NCBI GenBank assembly: GCA_965233185.1
Contig: CBDDSA010000092.1
Coordinates: 1,270 to 65,269, forward strand
Length of the DNA stretch: 64,000 bases
Source: an uncultured bacterium
GTDB lineage: Bacteria; Pseudomonadota; Gammaproteobacteria; Burkholderiales; SG8-39
Direction: 5' to 3'
Part shown: positions 34,029 to 45,715 of the stretch, one piece after another
How the letters are laid out: every line of letters starts with the position of its first letter
How positions within the stretch are numbered: the first letter of the stretch is position 1
Position numbers and translations under genes: made by a program
The notes under the pieces: model-generated
What the model saw: only the letters and a program-made list of their open reading frames with translations
Told to the model about the DNA's origin: nothing
Databases searched by the model: none

Positions 34029-34510
34029 CCTCCGGCACCGTCGAGCAGCGTCTGCGGCAGATGGGCTACGAGCTGCCGCCGCCATTCACCTTTCCGAAGA
34101 ACAACCGCACCGGCTGCACCCAGGCGGGCAATGTGCTTTTCCTGTCGGGACACGGGCTGAGCCTGCCGCAGCTGCCGCAGGTACGCCAGGCCGGCAAGTT
34201 CGGCGTCGACATCAGCGTCGAGGAAGGCTACGCCACCGCGCGTGCCGTCGCGCTCACGATGCTTGCCACGATCAAAGCGCATTGCGGCGAGCTCGACCGC
34301 GTGAAGCGCGTGCTGCGCCTGTTCGGCATGTGCAACTGCACGCCCGAGTTCGCCCAGCAGCCGCAGGTCATCGACGGCGCATCGGATCTCTTCTTCGAGC
34401 TGTTCGGGCCGCAGGCCGGCCAGCATGCCCGCTCGGCGGTCGGCCATGTCGCCCTGCCGCGCGGCATCGCGGTGGAGATCAACGGCGAGTTCGAACTGCA
34501 GCCCGATTAA
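34025..34510 (+). CDS. RidA-family protein
   Basis: ATGA overlap with the Bug gene. 161 codons in the frame of ORF 33089..34510, ending ARSAVGHVALPRGIAVEINGEFEL. Confidence 0.7.
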   Translation: MTSGTVEQRLRQMGYELPPPFTFPKNNRTGCTQAGNVLFLSGHGLSLPQLPQVRQAGKFGVDISVEEGYATARAVALTMLATIKAHCGELDRVKRVLRLFGMCNCTPEFAQQPQVIDGASDLFFELFGPQAGQHARSAVGHVALPRGIAVEINGEFELQPD

Positions 34511-34915
34511 GGTTGCTTCTCCAGCCGCTCCACGGCGGCAAGCTCGTTTACCCAGCCTTGGCGCCGAGCGGCTCCAGATCTGCAGCTGCGGCCGAAGCTC
34601 CGAGCGCTGGCGCGCCGTGCCGACCCGGATGTAGAACACGCCCGTATGGCCGGGGGGGCCGGAGGAATAGATGGGCGTGCCGCACTCCGGGCAGAAGGTC
34701 TGCAGCCGCGGATTGCCGCTTTCGGCGGTTTTCGTATAAGCCTTCAACTGCCCGCGCAGCAGGCGGAAGTTTTCCTTCGCCGCCGGCACTGCGGTACGGA
34801 ATGCCGAGCCCGAGAGCGTCTGGCAGTCGGTGCAGTGGCACACGGTGACCGTAAGCGGATCAATCTCCGCCTCGTAGCGGATGGCGCCGCAATGGCAGCC
34901 GCCGTCGATCCTCAT
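34507..34915 (-). CDS. GFA (glutathione-dependent formaldehyde-activating, CENP-V-like) family protein, C-terminus out of frame
   Basis: MRIDGGCHCGAIRYE...CHCTDCQ...CPECGTP. After ...QIWSRSA, the family-like tail WVNELAAVERLEKQP-stop (TAA 34509-34507) is in another frame. As sequenced, the ORF runs on to 33974. Confidence 0.65.
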
Positions 34916-34931
34916 CTCGCCTCCCTTCAGG

Positions 34932-34979
34932 GAATTCGGGCTCTGACCCCGATTTCGAATTCGGGGTCAGAGCCCGATT
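34932..34979. repeat. REP-like nested palindrome (arms in swapped order)
   Basis: gaattCGGGCTCTGACCCCGatttcgaattCGGGGTCAGAGCCCGatt, between GFA start 34915 and GH15 stop 34980. Confidence 0.8.
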
Positions 34980-36776
34980 CTAGGCGGCCTTGTGCTCGGC
35001 GCGCTGCTCGGCGGGCTTGGCGGCCCCGGTGAGGTTGAGCGCGGTATTGACGAGGGCGATATGGGAGAAGGCCTGGGGGAAGTTGCCCAGGAAGCGCTGC
35101 GCCGACGGGTCGTACTCCTCGGAAAGCAGGCCGACGTCGTTGGCGAGGCCCAGCAACCGCTCGAAAAGGGCGCGCGCTTCGGGCCAGCGTCCCTGCAGGC
35201 ACAGGTTGTCGGCGAGCCAGAAGCTGCACGCGAGGAACACCCCTTCGCCCGCCGGCAGGCCGTCGACCGACTCGTGGGTCAGGTAGCGATGCACCAGGCC
35301 GTCGACGGTGAGCTCGCGCTGGATGGCTTCCACGGTGCGCATCATCCGCGGGTCGTCGGCCGGCAGGAAGCCGACCAGCGGGATGAGGAGGAGGCTCGCG
35401 TCGAGCTCCTCCGAGCCATAGCTTTGCACGAAGCAGCCGCGCTTTTCGCTGTAGCCGCGCACGCATACGTCGTCGCGGATGCGCTCGCGCAAGGCGCGCC
35501 AGCGCTCCACCGGTCCTTCGAGCCCTTCGTTCTCCACCATCTTCACCGCCCGGTCGAACGCCACCCAGCACATGACCTTGGAGTGCGTGAAGTGGCGCGG
35601 TGGACCGCGCACCTCCCAGATTCCCTCGTCGGGCTGGATCCAGGCGTGCTCCAGGTAGCCCAGCATGGCGCGCTGCATGTCCCAGGCGGCGTCGTGCCGC
35701 GCGAGCCCCGCCTTGCACGCCTGGTAGAGCGCGTCGAGCACTTCGCCGAAGACATCGAGCTGCAGCTGCCCCGCGGCGGCGTTCCCGCAGCGCACGGGCT
35801 GCGAGCCTTCGTAGCCGGGTAGCCAGTCGAGCTCCCATTCCGACAGGCGCCGCTCGCCCGCGACCCCGTACATGATCTGGATCTGCTGCGGGCTGCCGGC
35901 GACCGCGCGCACCAGCCATTCGCGCCAGGCCTTCGCCTCCTCCAGGTAGCCCGCATCCATGAAAGACAGCAGCGTGAGCGTCGCGTCGCGCAGCCAGCAG
36001 TAGCGGTAATCCCAGTTGCGCACTCCCCCGATCTTTTCCGGCAGCGACATGGTGGGCGCGGCGACGATGCCGCCGGTCGGGGCGTAGGTCAGCGCCTTCA
36101 GGGTGATGAGGGAGCGGCGCACCGGCGCGCCCCAGGCCGCGCAATCGGCGCAGCGGCGGATCCAGTCGCGCCAGAAGCGCTCGGTCTCCGCCAGCGCGCC
36201 CTGCGGGTCCGGCTCCAGGGCCATTTCGAGGTGCGACGGCCCGTATGAGAGGACGAACGCCAGCACCTCGCCCTCATCGACTTCAAAGCTCGCGCAGGTG
36301 GCGCGATTGCGGTTCTCCAGCCTTACCGGCGAGCGCAGCAGCACCATGTCGGGCCCGACGATGGCGCGCAGGCCCAGGCCGTCGGGCGCATAGGTGACCC
36401 ACGGCACCGCCGCGCCGTAGTCGAAGCGCAGCACGCCCTCCATTTCCATCGCCACGCGGCCGCGGCGGCCGACCACCATGCGCACGAGGTCAGAATGCCA
36501 GCCGCGCACCGGCATGAAGTCGATCAGCGTTACCGCACCCTCGGCGGTTTCGAACTGCGTCTCGAGGATCAGCGTGTCCGGGCGATACGCGCGGCGGACC
36601 TGGAAGGCACTGCGCGGCGCGATCTTCCAGCGCCCGTGCTGCGGCCCGCCCAGCAGCGCGGCGAAGCACGCCGGCGAATCGAAGCGCGGCCAGCACAGCC
36701 AGTCGATGGAGCCGTCGCAGCCCACCAGCGCAGCCGTCTGGCAGTCGCCGATCAGGGCGTAGTCTTCAATCTTCAA
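34980..36776 (-). CDS. glycoside hydrolase family 15 (glucoamylase/trehalase-like)
   Basis: 598-aa ORF. MKIEDYALIGDCQTAALVG.DGSIDWLCWPRFDSPACFAALLG is a typical GH15 N-terminus. Also contains NWDYRYCWLRDA. Confidence 0.85.
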   Translation of the reverse strand: MKIEDYALIGDCQTAALVGCDGSIDWLCWPRFDSPACFAALLGGPQHGRWKIAPRSAFQVRRAYRPDTLILETQFETAEGAVTLIDFMPVRGWHSDLVRMVVGRRGRVAMEMEGVLRFDYGAAVPWVTYAPDGLGLRAIVGPDMVLLRSPVRLENRNRATCASFEVDEGEVLAFVLSYGPSHLEMALEPDPQGALAETERFWRDWIRRCADCAAWGAPVRRSLITLKALTYAPTGGIVAAPTMSLPEKIGGVRNWDYRYCWLRDATLTLLSFMDAGYLEEAKAWREWLVRAVAGSPQQIQIMYGVAGERRLSEWELDWLPGYEGSQPVRCGNAAAGQLQLDVFGEVLDALYQACKAGLARHDAAWDMQRAMLGYLEHAWIQPDEGIWEVRGPPRHFTHSKVMCWVAFDRAVKMVENEGLEGPVERWRALRERIRDDVCVRGYSEKRGCFVQSYGSEELDASLLLIPLVGFLPADDPRMMRTVEAIQRELTVDGLVHRYLTHESVDGLPAGEGVFLACSFWLADNLCLQGRWPEARALFERLLGLANDVGLLSEEYDPSAQRFLGNFPQAFSHIALVNTALNLTGAAKPAEQRAEHKAA

Positions 36777-37799
36777 AGACCAGCACCGTTTTCACGTCGC
36801 CGTCGCGGCGCGCATAAGCCTCCTGGAAGCGATGCAACGGCACCCGTCTCGAGAGGATGCGCTCGAGCCATCCGCAATCGGCGCGCGCCAGCGCCTCGGC
36901 GGCCGCCTCGTAGTGGCGGCGGTTCGCGTTGACGCTGCCGAATACCACACGGTTGTCCATGACGAGCGACTCGTTCAGCGCCGCTACGTCGATGGAGGCC
37001 ACATGCTGCCGGCCGCCCAGCCCGGTCAGGCAGACGATGCCGCCCGGCGCACTTGCCTTTACCGCCTGCGCGATGACGGCCGGCGCGCCGGTGCACTCGA
37101 TCACGATGTCGAACGGCGCCGGGGGAAATTGCACGTGGTAGCTCGCGCCGAGCGCGCGCGCGAGCTCCGGCTTCGGTCCCGCGCGGTTTCGGTCGTAGAT
37201 GCATACCTCCAGCGCGCGCTGCGAGCCGAGCAGCGCGGCCATCAGGCCGACCGGCCCGGCGCCGGTGACCAGCAGCCGGCGCGGCGCCCAGCGCGCGCGC
37301 CTGCCGATGCGCTCGATATGCTCCCACGCCTTCGCGAGCACGCTGGCAGGCTCGAGCAGTACGGCCGCCATGCCCAGGCTCGGCGCCACCTTGACCAGGA
37401 ACCGCGGCTCGCTGCGAAAGCGCTGCGCGGCAAAGCCGTCCAGCTGCTTGATGCCGCGCTCCGTGTACTGCCCGTTGTGGCACATGTCCCATTCGCCCAT
37501 CGCGCAGCTCGCGCAGGGCACCGGGTCGGGATGCCGCACGATGCCCACGACGGAATCGCCGACCGCCAGGCCGCTGCCCGCCGGCGCTTCGGCCACGCGC
37601 CCGAGCGATTCGTGCCCGAGCACGAGGCGCTGCCTGCCTGGCGGGGCCTCGCCGTACTCGCCATCGATGAGCTCGCGGTCGGTCCGCACACGCCGACGGC
37701 CAGCGTGCGCACCAGGACCGATCCTTGCCCGGCTGGCTCGCCGAGCGCCTCGAGGCGCAGCGAACCGGGCTGACCGGGAAGGAGGGTCACCGCCTGCAT
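36766..37799 (-). pseudogene. zinc-dependent glucose 1-dehydrogenase-like (MDR family), single-base frameshift
   Basis: The N-part (MQAVTLLPGQPGSLRLE...LVRTLAVGVCG) is in one frame. The remainder (TDRELIDGEYG...LVLGHESLGRV...) is in another. One base appears to be missing at 37683-37686. Confidence 0.7.
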
Positions 37800-37849
37800 A
37801 TAGAAAAGACCGGGCGCCGCCCGGGTTAGTTCTGTGCTGCAATCGGCGC

Positions 37850-39235
37850 ATGGACTACGCCTTCGGGGCCGCGGTGCTGGTGGCGGCCGGTTTTGCCGCG
37901 GGTCACGCGGTGGTCTACAAGCGCGACCCGCGCTCGGCGGCGCTGTGGCTGCTCGCCATTCTGCTGCTGCCGGCCGTCGGGCCGGTGCTCTACGCCCTGC
38001 TGGGGGTAAATCGCGTGAAGCGGCGCGCCCTGCGCATGCGCCGTTACCGGCAACGCGCCCGCACCGCGCTCGAGTCGAACGAGAAGCCGCAGGGCATCGA
38101 GCTCACCGGCCTTGCGCGGCTGGTGGGCGAAGTGACGCGCCGGCCGCTTCTTCCCGGCAACGCGATCGATGCGCTGGTGGACGGCGCCGAGGCCTATCCC
38201 GCGATGCTGGAGGCGATCGAGGGCGCGCGCGCCTCGATCGCGCTTTCCTCGTACATCTTCCACGGCGACGGCATCGGCAAGCGCTTCGTCGAGGCCCTGA
38301 CGCGCGCGGCGCGCCGCGACGTGGCGGTGCGCGTGCTGATCGACGACGTGAGCTACCGCTTCTCCTGGTCCTCCGCGGCGAAGAAGCTGCGCCGCGCCGG
38401 CGTGGCGGTGGGCATCTTCAACCCGCCGCTCATCCCGGCCCGGCTGCATGCCATCCACCTGCGCAACCACCGCAAGATCCTGGTGGTCGACGGCAGCACC
38501 GGCTTCACCGGCGGCCTGAACATCGACCGGCGCTACTGGGGCGAGGGCGCCTCGCGCGACCTGCATTTCCGCCTGCGCGGGCCGGTCGTGGCGCAGCTCA
38601 TGGAGGCGTTCGCCGAGGACTGGCATTTCACCGCCGACGAGGCGCTGCAGGGCGACCTGTGGTTTCCGAAAATCTTCGCGCACGGCCACTCGCTCGCGCG
38701 CGGCATCGAGGCGGGCCCCGACGAGAGCTTCGAGCGCCTGCGGTGGGCAATCCTCGGCGGCCTGAACGCCGCACGGCGCTCGGTGCGCGTGTGCACGCCC
38801 TACTTCGTGCCCGACGCCGGGCTGATTTCCGAGCTGAACGCCGCGGCGCTGCGCGGGGTCGAGGTGGACATCCTGCTGCCGGAGCGAAACGACCTGCCGC
38901 ATGTGAACTGGGCCGCCACGCACCAGCTGTGGCAAGTGCTCGAGCGGGGCTGCCGCATCTGGAAGCGGCCCGGCCCCTTCGACCACTCCAAGCTCATGCT
39001 GGTGGACGCCGAGTGGTCGCTGTTCGGCTCGGTGAACTGGGACGCGCGCAGCCTGCGGCTGAACTTCGAGTTCAATGTCGAGGCGTACTGCCGCGACCTC
39101 GGCGGCCGCCTCGAGCGCCTGTTCCTCGCCCGCCGCGACGAGTCGCGCCCGGTGAGCGTGGCCGACGTCGACGCGCGCCCCCTGCCGGTCAAGCTGCGCG
39201 ACGGCGTCGCGCGCCTCTTTGCTCCCTTGCTGTAA
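37850..39235 (+). CDS. cardiolipin synthase (phospholipase D family, two HKD motifs)
   Basis: Frame of ORF 37199..39235. Two N-terminal TM helices and two HKD motifs (HRKILVVDG and HSKLMLVDA). Confidence 0.85.
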   Translation: MDYAFGAAVLVAAGFAAGHAVVYKRDPRSAALWLLAILLLPAVGPVLYALLGVNRVKRRALRMRRYRQRARTALESNEKPQGIELTGLARLVGEVTRRPLLPGNAIDALVDGAEAYPAMLEAIEGARASIALSSYIFHGDGIGKRFVEALTRAARRDVAVRVLIDDVSYRFSWSSAAKKLRRAGVAVGIFNPPLIPARLHAIHLRNHRKILVVDGSTGFTGGLNIDRRYWGEGASRDLHFRLRGPVVAQLMEAFAEDWHFTADEALQGDLWFPKIFAHGHSLARGIEAGPDESFERLRWAILGGLNAARRSVRVCTPYFVPDAGLISELNAAALRGVEVDILLPERNDLPHVNWAATHQLWQVLERGCRIWKRPGPFDHSKLMLVDAEWSLFGSVNWDARSLRLNFEFNVEAYCRDLGGRLERLFLARRDESRPVSVADVDARPLPVKLRDGVARLFAPLL

Positions 39236-39241
39236 CCCGAT

Positions 39242-40897
<1,656 letters not shown>

Positions 40898-40921
40898 GGC
40901 GTTCCAGAACTCGAATCGTCA

Positions 40922-41434
40922 ATGATACGAAAAATTGCCCTGGCAGCCGCGGTTCTGTGCTCGGTGCCCGCGCAGGCCGCCGACGGAATTGCGCTGGAGC
41001 TCGGCCGCGGCGACGAGCGCTCCGAGCTCGTGCGCGGCGCCCTGCAGTGGAAGTGGGACAAGAAGTGGCTCGCCGATACCGGCTGGGAGCTCGGCGGCTA
41101 CTGGGAGGCCTCGCTCGGCGCCTGGACCACCCACAAGACGCTGATCGATTTCGGCTTCACGCCGGTGTTCCGCCTGCAGCGCCAGGACGGGGCCGGGCCG
41201 TATCTCGAGGCGGCCATCGGCTTTCACCTGCTGTCGGACCTGTCGATCACGCGCACGCGCGCGTTCGGCTCGTACTTCCAGTTCGGCGACCACATCGGCG
41301 CCGGCTGGCGCTTCGGCCCGCGCGGCCGCTACGACCTAGGGCTGCGCGCGCAGCACCTGTCCAACGGCGGCATCAAGGAGCCCAACCCGGGCATCAACTT
41401 CGTCCTGCTGCGCCTCGCGTATCACTTCCAGTGA
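40922..41434 (+). CDS. acyloxyacyl hydrolase / lipid A deacylase PagL-like outer-membrane protein
   Basis: Signal peptide ...PAQA, a beta-barrel pattern, the catalytic-like motif HLSNGG and an ending LAYHFQ. Confidence 0.7.
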   Translation: MIRKIALAAAVLCSVPAQAADGIALELGRGDERSELVRGALQWKWDKKWLADTGWELGGYWEASLGAWTTHKTLIDFGFTPVFRLQRQDGAGPYLEAAIGFHLLSDLSITRTRAFGSYFQFGDHIGAGWRFGPRGRYDLGLRAQHLSNGGIKEPNPGINFVLLRLAYHFQ

Positions 41435-42715
41435 GGTCCGCGGGCATGCGAACCGCGAGCAGCTTGTCGATGCGCTTGCCGTCCATGTCGACCACCTCGA
41501 AGCGCCACCCCTGGCATTCGACGCGGTCGCCGGTCTGGGGCAACCGCCCGAGCAGCAGCATCACCAGGCCGCTCAGCGTGTGGTAGCGGTCCTCGTCGGG
41601 CAGGGCGGCCAGGCCGAGGCGGTCCTTGAGCTCCGGCGTCGGGATCAGCCCGTCGAGCAGCCAGCTGCCGTCGTCGCGGCGCACGGCCCATTGGTCTTCG
41701 GCGTTGCGCGGCGCGAACTCCCCGGTGATGGCCTCGAGCATGGCGCGCAGCGTCACGATGCCCAGCACCTCGCCGTACTCATCCACCACGAACATGAGCT
41801 GCACGCCCGAGGTGCGGAAGTTCTGCAGCAGCTCCATGCCGGTGAGGTTCTCGGGCACGAACACCGGGGGCTGCAGGTCGGCCGCCAGGTCGGGCGAGGC
41901 CTCGCCGGCAAGCGTCTTCATCAGCAGGCGGCGCGCGCTGATAACCCCCAGGATGTTCGCCGGGCCGTTGCGCACGACCGGAAAGCGGCTGTGGCCGGAC
42001 TGCACGATGCGCTCGCGGTTCTGCGCCCAGGGGAGCTCGACATCCAGGTACACCACCTCGCTGCGCGGCACCATCAGCGAGCCGATCTGCCGGTCGTCGA
42101 GGCGGAATACGTTGCGCACCATCTGGTGCTCTTCCAGCTCGATCACGCCGGCATGCGAGCCTTCCGCGAGCAGCGCGTGGATTTCCTCCTCGGTCACCGG
42201 GCGCGCCGGCACGTCCTTCGCGCCGAGCAGCGTGAGGATGAGCGTGGTGGACCCCGACAGCAGCCGGACCAGCGGCTTCGAGGCGAGTGCGAGCCATTCC
42301 ATCGGCCGCGCCACGAGCCGCGCCACCGCTTCCGGGTTGAGCTGCCCCAGGCGCTTGGGCACCAGCTCGCCGATCACGATGGTGAAATAGGTGATGAGCG
42401 CCACCACGCTGCCCGTGGCGAGTAGCCGGCCGCGGTCGCGCCCATGCCCTGCTCGCGCAGCCACGCGGCCAGGGGCGGCGCGAACGCGGATTCGCCCACC
42501 ACGCCGTTCAGCACGCCGATGAGCGTGATGCCGATCTGCACCGTGGAGAGGAAGCGTGTCGGCTCCTGCCCCAGGCGCACGGCGGCGGCCGCGCCGCGGT
42601 CGCCTGCGTCGGTGCGCCGCTGCAGGTTGGCCTTGCGCGTGGTGACCAGCGCGATCTCCGACATGGCGAACGCGCCGTTCAGCAGGATGAGGGCGAGCAG
42701 GATGCCGACTTCCAT
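41394..42715 (-). pseudogene. HlyC/CorC (CNNM) family transporter, single-base frameshift
   Basis: ORF 42374..42715 carries the DUF21 N-part. ORF 41394..42464 carries the rest of DUF21 (ITYFTIVIGELVPKR), the CBS pair and the CorC_HlyC domain. The frames change near 42425-42445. Confidence 0.75.
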
Positions 42716-42740
42716 GGAGGCTCCCGCTAGGCGCCGCGGC

Positions 42741-44030
42741 TCAGGCGGTGGCTTCTTCGGTGGTGTCGTCGACCCCGAGGGTGCGCCAGTCGGTGGTCTT
42801 AGGCACGACGCCTTCGAAGGAGGCGAGCTTCACGTGCGCAATGTGCGGCTCGGTGGTGCCGATGGCCGGACCGCCTTCTTTGAACCGCCGCGCCGCGTTC
42901 ACCATCATGCGGCGAAACTGCACCACCGCGACGTCGCTCGAGCCGGGATGGTCCCGGCTGCGGTCGACGATCGGTCCCATCGATTCCCACATCGCCATGT
43001 CCTGCGTGGGGATGCCCCTGATGCCGGTGAAGTCGCCGCGCTTCATTGCAGCGCGGTCCTGGAGGTAGCGGTTGGCCGCATTCCTTTTCTTCCTGAAGTC
43101 CGCATCGAGGTCCACGCCGGGCGTGGCGGCGCAGAACTCGCGCCACGCCTCCTGCGAGATGCCCTGGTCGGGGTCGGGATGCCAGGCGATCCAGTAGAAC
43201 ATGGTGTTCACGTCGTCCAGCGGCACCAGCATCTGCGCGAGGCGGTACTGGTCGTTCGGCGGGATGAGCACGGTGAACGGCGCGATGAACAGCGTGGTGC
43301 GCACGTACTGGTTCGCCTCGGGATTCAGGATCGGCTTGCGCAGCGCGGCGTAGCGAAAGCCGTAGCTGGTGGCCTGGAACTGCAGGCGCGGCGCCTTGTC
43401 GTTGGACGGCCGCGGCCAGACCTTGCCCTCGGCCTTGGCCCGGTCCACCTGCGCCGCCGGCATCTCGCTCGAATGCAGGCTGGAGCTGTGCGCCGAGTCG
43501 ATGGAGCCCTCGAGCACCTGCGCCCAGTTGCACGCGGCGTGCATCTTGACGATGCTGGTGCGCGCGTTCGGGGTCGGCGCCCACGCCGGCGGCTCGAACG
43601 CTCGCAGCTCGCTCGCCGGGCCCATCCAGATCCACACCAAGCCGCCCGCCTCGCGCGCCGGGTAGGCCTTGTGCTTCACCGCTTTTTTCAGCGCGCTGCC
43701 GTCGGGCTCCGAGGCCATGTCCACCACGTTGCCCTCCACGTCGAACTTCCAGCCGTGGTACAGGCAGCGCAGGCCGCATTCCTCGTTGCGCCCGAACGAC
43801 AGCGACGCGTTGCGGTGCGGGCAGAATTCGCCCAGCACGCCCAGGCGTCCCTGGCTGTCGCGAAACACGACCAGGTCCTCGCCCAGCAGGCGCGCGCGCA
43901 CCGGCGCGCCGTCGCGCTCGGCCACCTCCTCGATCATGCACACCGGCAGCCAGTGGCGGCGCATGAGCTGCCCCATCGCCGCCTCGCCTTCCACCCGGCA
44001 CAGCAGCTCGTTTTGCTCTAGGGTGAGCAT
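42741..44030 (-). CDS. phthalate 4,5-dioxygenase oxygenase subunit-like Rieske oxygenase
   Basis: 429-aa ORF. The N-terminus MLTLEQNELLCRVEGEAAMGQLMRRHW matches OphA2/Pht3-type enzymes as I recall them. Contains CPHRNASL...CLYHGW. Confidence 0.8.
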   Translation of the reverse strand: MLTLEQNELLCRVEGEAAMGQLMRRHWLPVCMIEEVAERDGAPVRARLLGEDLVVFRDSQGRLGVLGEFCPHRNASLSFGRNEECGLRCLYHGWKFDVEGNVVDMASEPDGSALKKAVKHKAYPAREAGGLVWIWMGPASELRAFEPPAWAPTPNARTSIVKMHAACNWAQVLEGSIDSAHSSSLHSSEMPAAQVDRAKAEGKVWPRPSNDKAPRLQFQATSYGFRYAALRKPILNPEANQYVRTTLFIAPFTVLIPPNDQYRLAQMLVPLDDVNTMFYWIAWHPDPDQGISQEAWREFCAATPGVDLDADFRKKRNAANRYLQDRAAMKRGDFTGIRGIPTQDMAMWESMGPIVDRSRDHPGSSDVAVVQFRRMMVNAARRFKEGGPAIGTTEPHIAHVKLASFEGVVPKTTDWRTLGVDDTTEEATA

Positions 44031-44046
44031 GGCTCAGGTCCCATAT

Positions 44047-44066
44047 ATACTTAGCCTCCTAAGTAT
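44047..44066. promoter_or_regulatory. 20-bp palindrome, candidate MarR operator in the divergent phthalate promoter region
   Basis: ATACTTAG-cctc-CTAAGTAT in an AT-rich stretch between starts 44030 (-) and 44151 (+). Confidence 0.45.
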
Positions 44067-44096
44067 TTCCATGATAGCAAAACCGCATCGCCAAAT

Positions 44097-44144
44097 AAAT
44101 CGGGGTCAGAGCCCGATATGCCATTCGGGCTCTGACCCCGATTT
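44097..44144. repeat. REP-like nested palindrome
   Basis: aaatCGGGGTCAGAGCCCGatatgccattCGGGCTCTGACCCCGattt (19-bp arms), ending 7 nt before ATG 44151. Confidence 0.8.
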
Positions 44145-44150
44145 CGCCGC

Positions 44151-45293
44151 ATGAGGCGGCTGCGCCTGGGCATTGCCGGGCTGGGCCGCGCCTTTTCGCT
44201 CATGGTGCCCGCCTTTACGCTCGATCCGCGCGTGCAGATCGTCGCCGGGGCCGACCCGCGCCCCGAGGCACGGAGCAAGTTCGAGGCCCAGTTCGGGGCG
44301 AAAGCGTTTGATTCCGTTGAAAAGCTGGCGGTGCAGCCGGGGCTCGACGTGGTGTACGTCGCAACGCCGCACCAGTTCCACGCCGCGCACGCGAGCCTCG
44401 CCGCTTCTTCCGGCAAGCATGTGCTGGTGGAAAAGCCGATGGCACTGTCGCTCGAGGAATGCCGGGGGATGATTGCTGCAGCGCGGGAAAACCGCGTGCA
44501 GCTTATCGTGGGGCACAGCCACAGCTTCGACGCACCGATCCTGCAGGCGCGCCGGCTCGTCGAGAGCGGGCGCTTCGGCCGCGTGCGCATGGTGAGCGCC
44601 CTCAACTACACCGACTTTCTCTACCGCCCGCGGCGGCCCGAGGAGCTGGATACCGCGCGCGGCGGCGGCGTGGTGTTCAACCAGGCGGCGCACCAAGTGG
44701 ACATCGTACGCCTGCTCGCCGGCAGCGCGGTGGTGTTGGTGCACGCGCTGACCGGCGCCTGGGATGCGAGCCGGCCGACCGAGGGCGCCTATTCGTGCCA
44801 GCTGCGCTTCGAGGACGGGGGCTTCGCCACGCTGGTCTACAGCGGCTACGCGCACTTCGACTCCGATGTATTCGCCGGCGGAATCGGCGAGATGGGCGAC
44901 GCGAAGAAGTATGCGGCGTCGTACGGCGCTGCCCGCCGTTCCCTCCTTGGAGACGAGTTGGACATCAAGAACCAGCGCAACTACGGCGGCCCGGCTTTCA
45001 ATGCACCGCAGAAGCAGCAGGCGCACCAGCACTTCGGCGAGGTGATCGTGTCGTGCGAGCGCGCCGACCTGCGGCCGCTGCCGACGGGGGTCATGGTGTA
45101 CGGCGACCTCGAGCAGCGCCTGGAAGCGCTGCCCGCGCCGCAGGTGCCGCGCATCGAGGTGATCGACGAGCTCTACGCGGCGGTGGTCGAGGGACGCGCG
45201 CCGCGGCACGATGGCGCGTGGGCCATGGGCACGCTGCAGGTGTGCCTGGCGCTGCTGCGCTCGGCGCGCGAGCAGCGCGCCGTGGCGCCATGA
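44151..45293 (+). CDS. Gfo/Idh/MocA-family oxidoreductase (4,5-dihydro-4,5-dihydroxyphthalate dehydrogenase-like)
   Basis: 380-aa ORF with an N-terminal Rossmann fold (LGIAGLGRA) and EKPMAL. Sits between the phthalate dioxygenase-like and decarboxylase-like genes. Confidence 0.75.
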   Translation: MRRLRLGIAGLGRAFSLMVPAFTLDPRVQIVAGADPRPEARSKFEAQFGAKAFDSVEKLAVQPGLDVVYVATPHQFHAAHASLAASSGKHVLVEKPMALSLEECRGMIAAARENRVQLIVGHSHSFDAPILQARRLVESGRFGRVRMVSALNYTDFLYRPRRPEELDTARGGGVVFNQAAHQVDIVRLLAGSAVVLVHALTGAWDASRPTEGAYSCQLRFEDGGFATLVYSGYAHFDSDVFAGGIGEMGDAKKYAASYGAARRSLLGDELDIKNQRNYGGPAFNAPQKQQAHQHFGEVIVSCERADLRPLPTGVMVYGDLEQRLEALPAPQVPRIEVIDELYAAVVEGRAPRHDGAWAMGTLQVCLALLRSAREQRAVAP

Positions 45294-45715
45294 ACGAGCG
45301 TCCGGCGCACCTCATCCGCGAGGCGGCGCGCGCCCTGGTGCGCGCGCTCACCGCGAAGCTCGCCGGGCACGGCGTATCGTTCGGCCACTGGGCGTTCCTG
45401 CGCATCCTGTGGGAGCGCGACGGCCTCACGCAGCGCGAGCTCTCCGAGATGGCCGGGGTGATGGAGCCCACCACCTTCGCCGCGCTCAAGGCGATGGAAG
45501 AGCTGGGCTACATCGAGCGGCGGCAGGCGCCCAAGAACCGCAAGAACGTCTACGTCTTCCTCACGCCGCAGGGCCGCGCGCTGAAGAAGAAGCTGGTTCC
45601 TTTGGCCGAAGATGTGAACAAAGTCGCAACGCGCGGGGTAAATGCGGCCGACCTCGCTACCACCGGCCGAGTGCTACTCGCTATGCTCGATAACCTGGGA
45701 CGCTCCGGAAAATGA
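45290..45715 (+). CDS. MarR-family transcriptional regulator
   Basis: ATGA overlaps at both ends. 141 aa with a winged-helix region (LTQRELSEMAGVMEPTTFAALKAMEELGYIERR). Confidence 0.85.
   Translation: MNERPAHLIREAARALVRALTAKLAGHGVSFGHWAFLRILWERDGLTQRELSEMAGVMEPTTFAALKAMEELGYIERRQAPKNRKNVYVFLTPQGRALKKKLVPLAEDVNKVATRGVNAADLATTGRVLLAMLDNLGRSGK

Noticed and set aside
34932-34979. I considered whether the repeated CGGGGTCAGAGCCCG units could be a CRISPR array or a miniature transposon.
   Set aside because: Each locus has only one or two units. They are arranged as inverted rather than direct repeats, with 10-nt spacers. There are no cas or transposase genes and no target-site duplications that I could see. 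A REP-like family is the better description.
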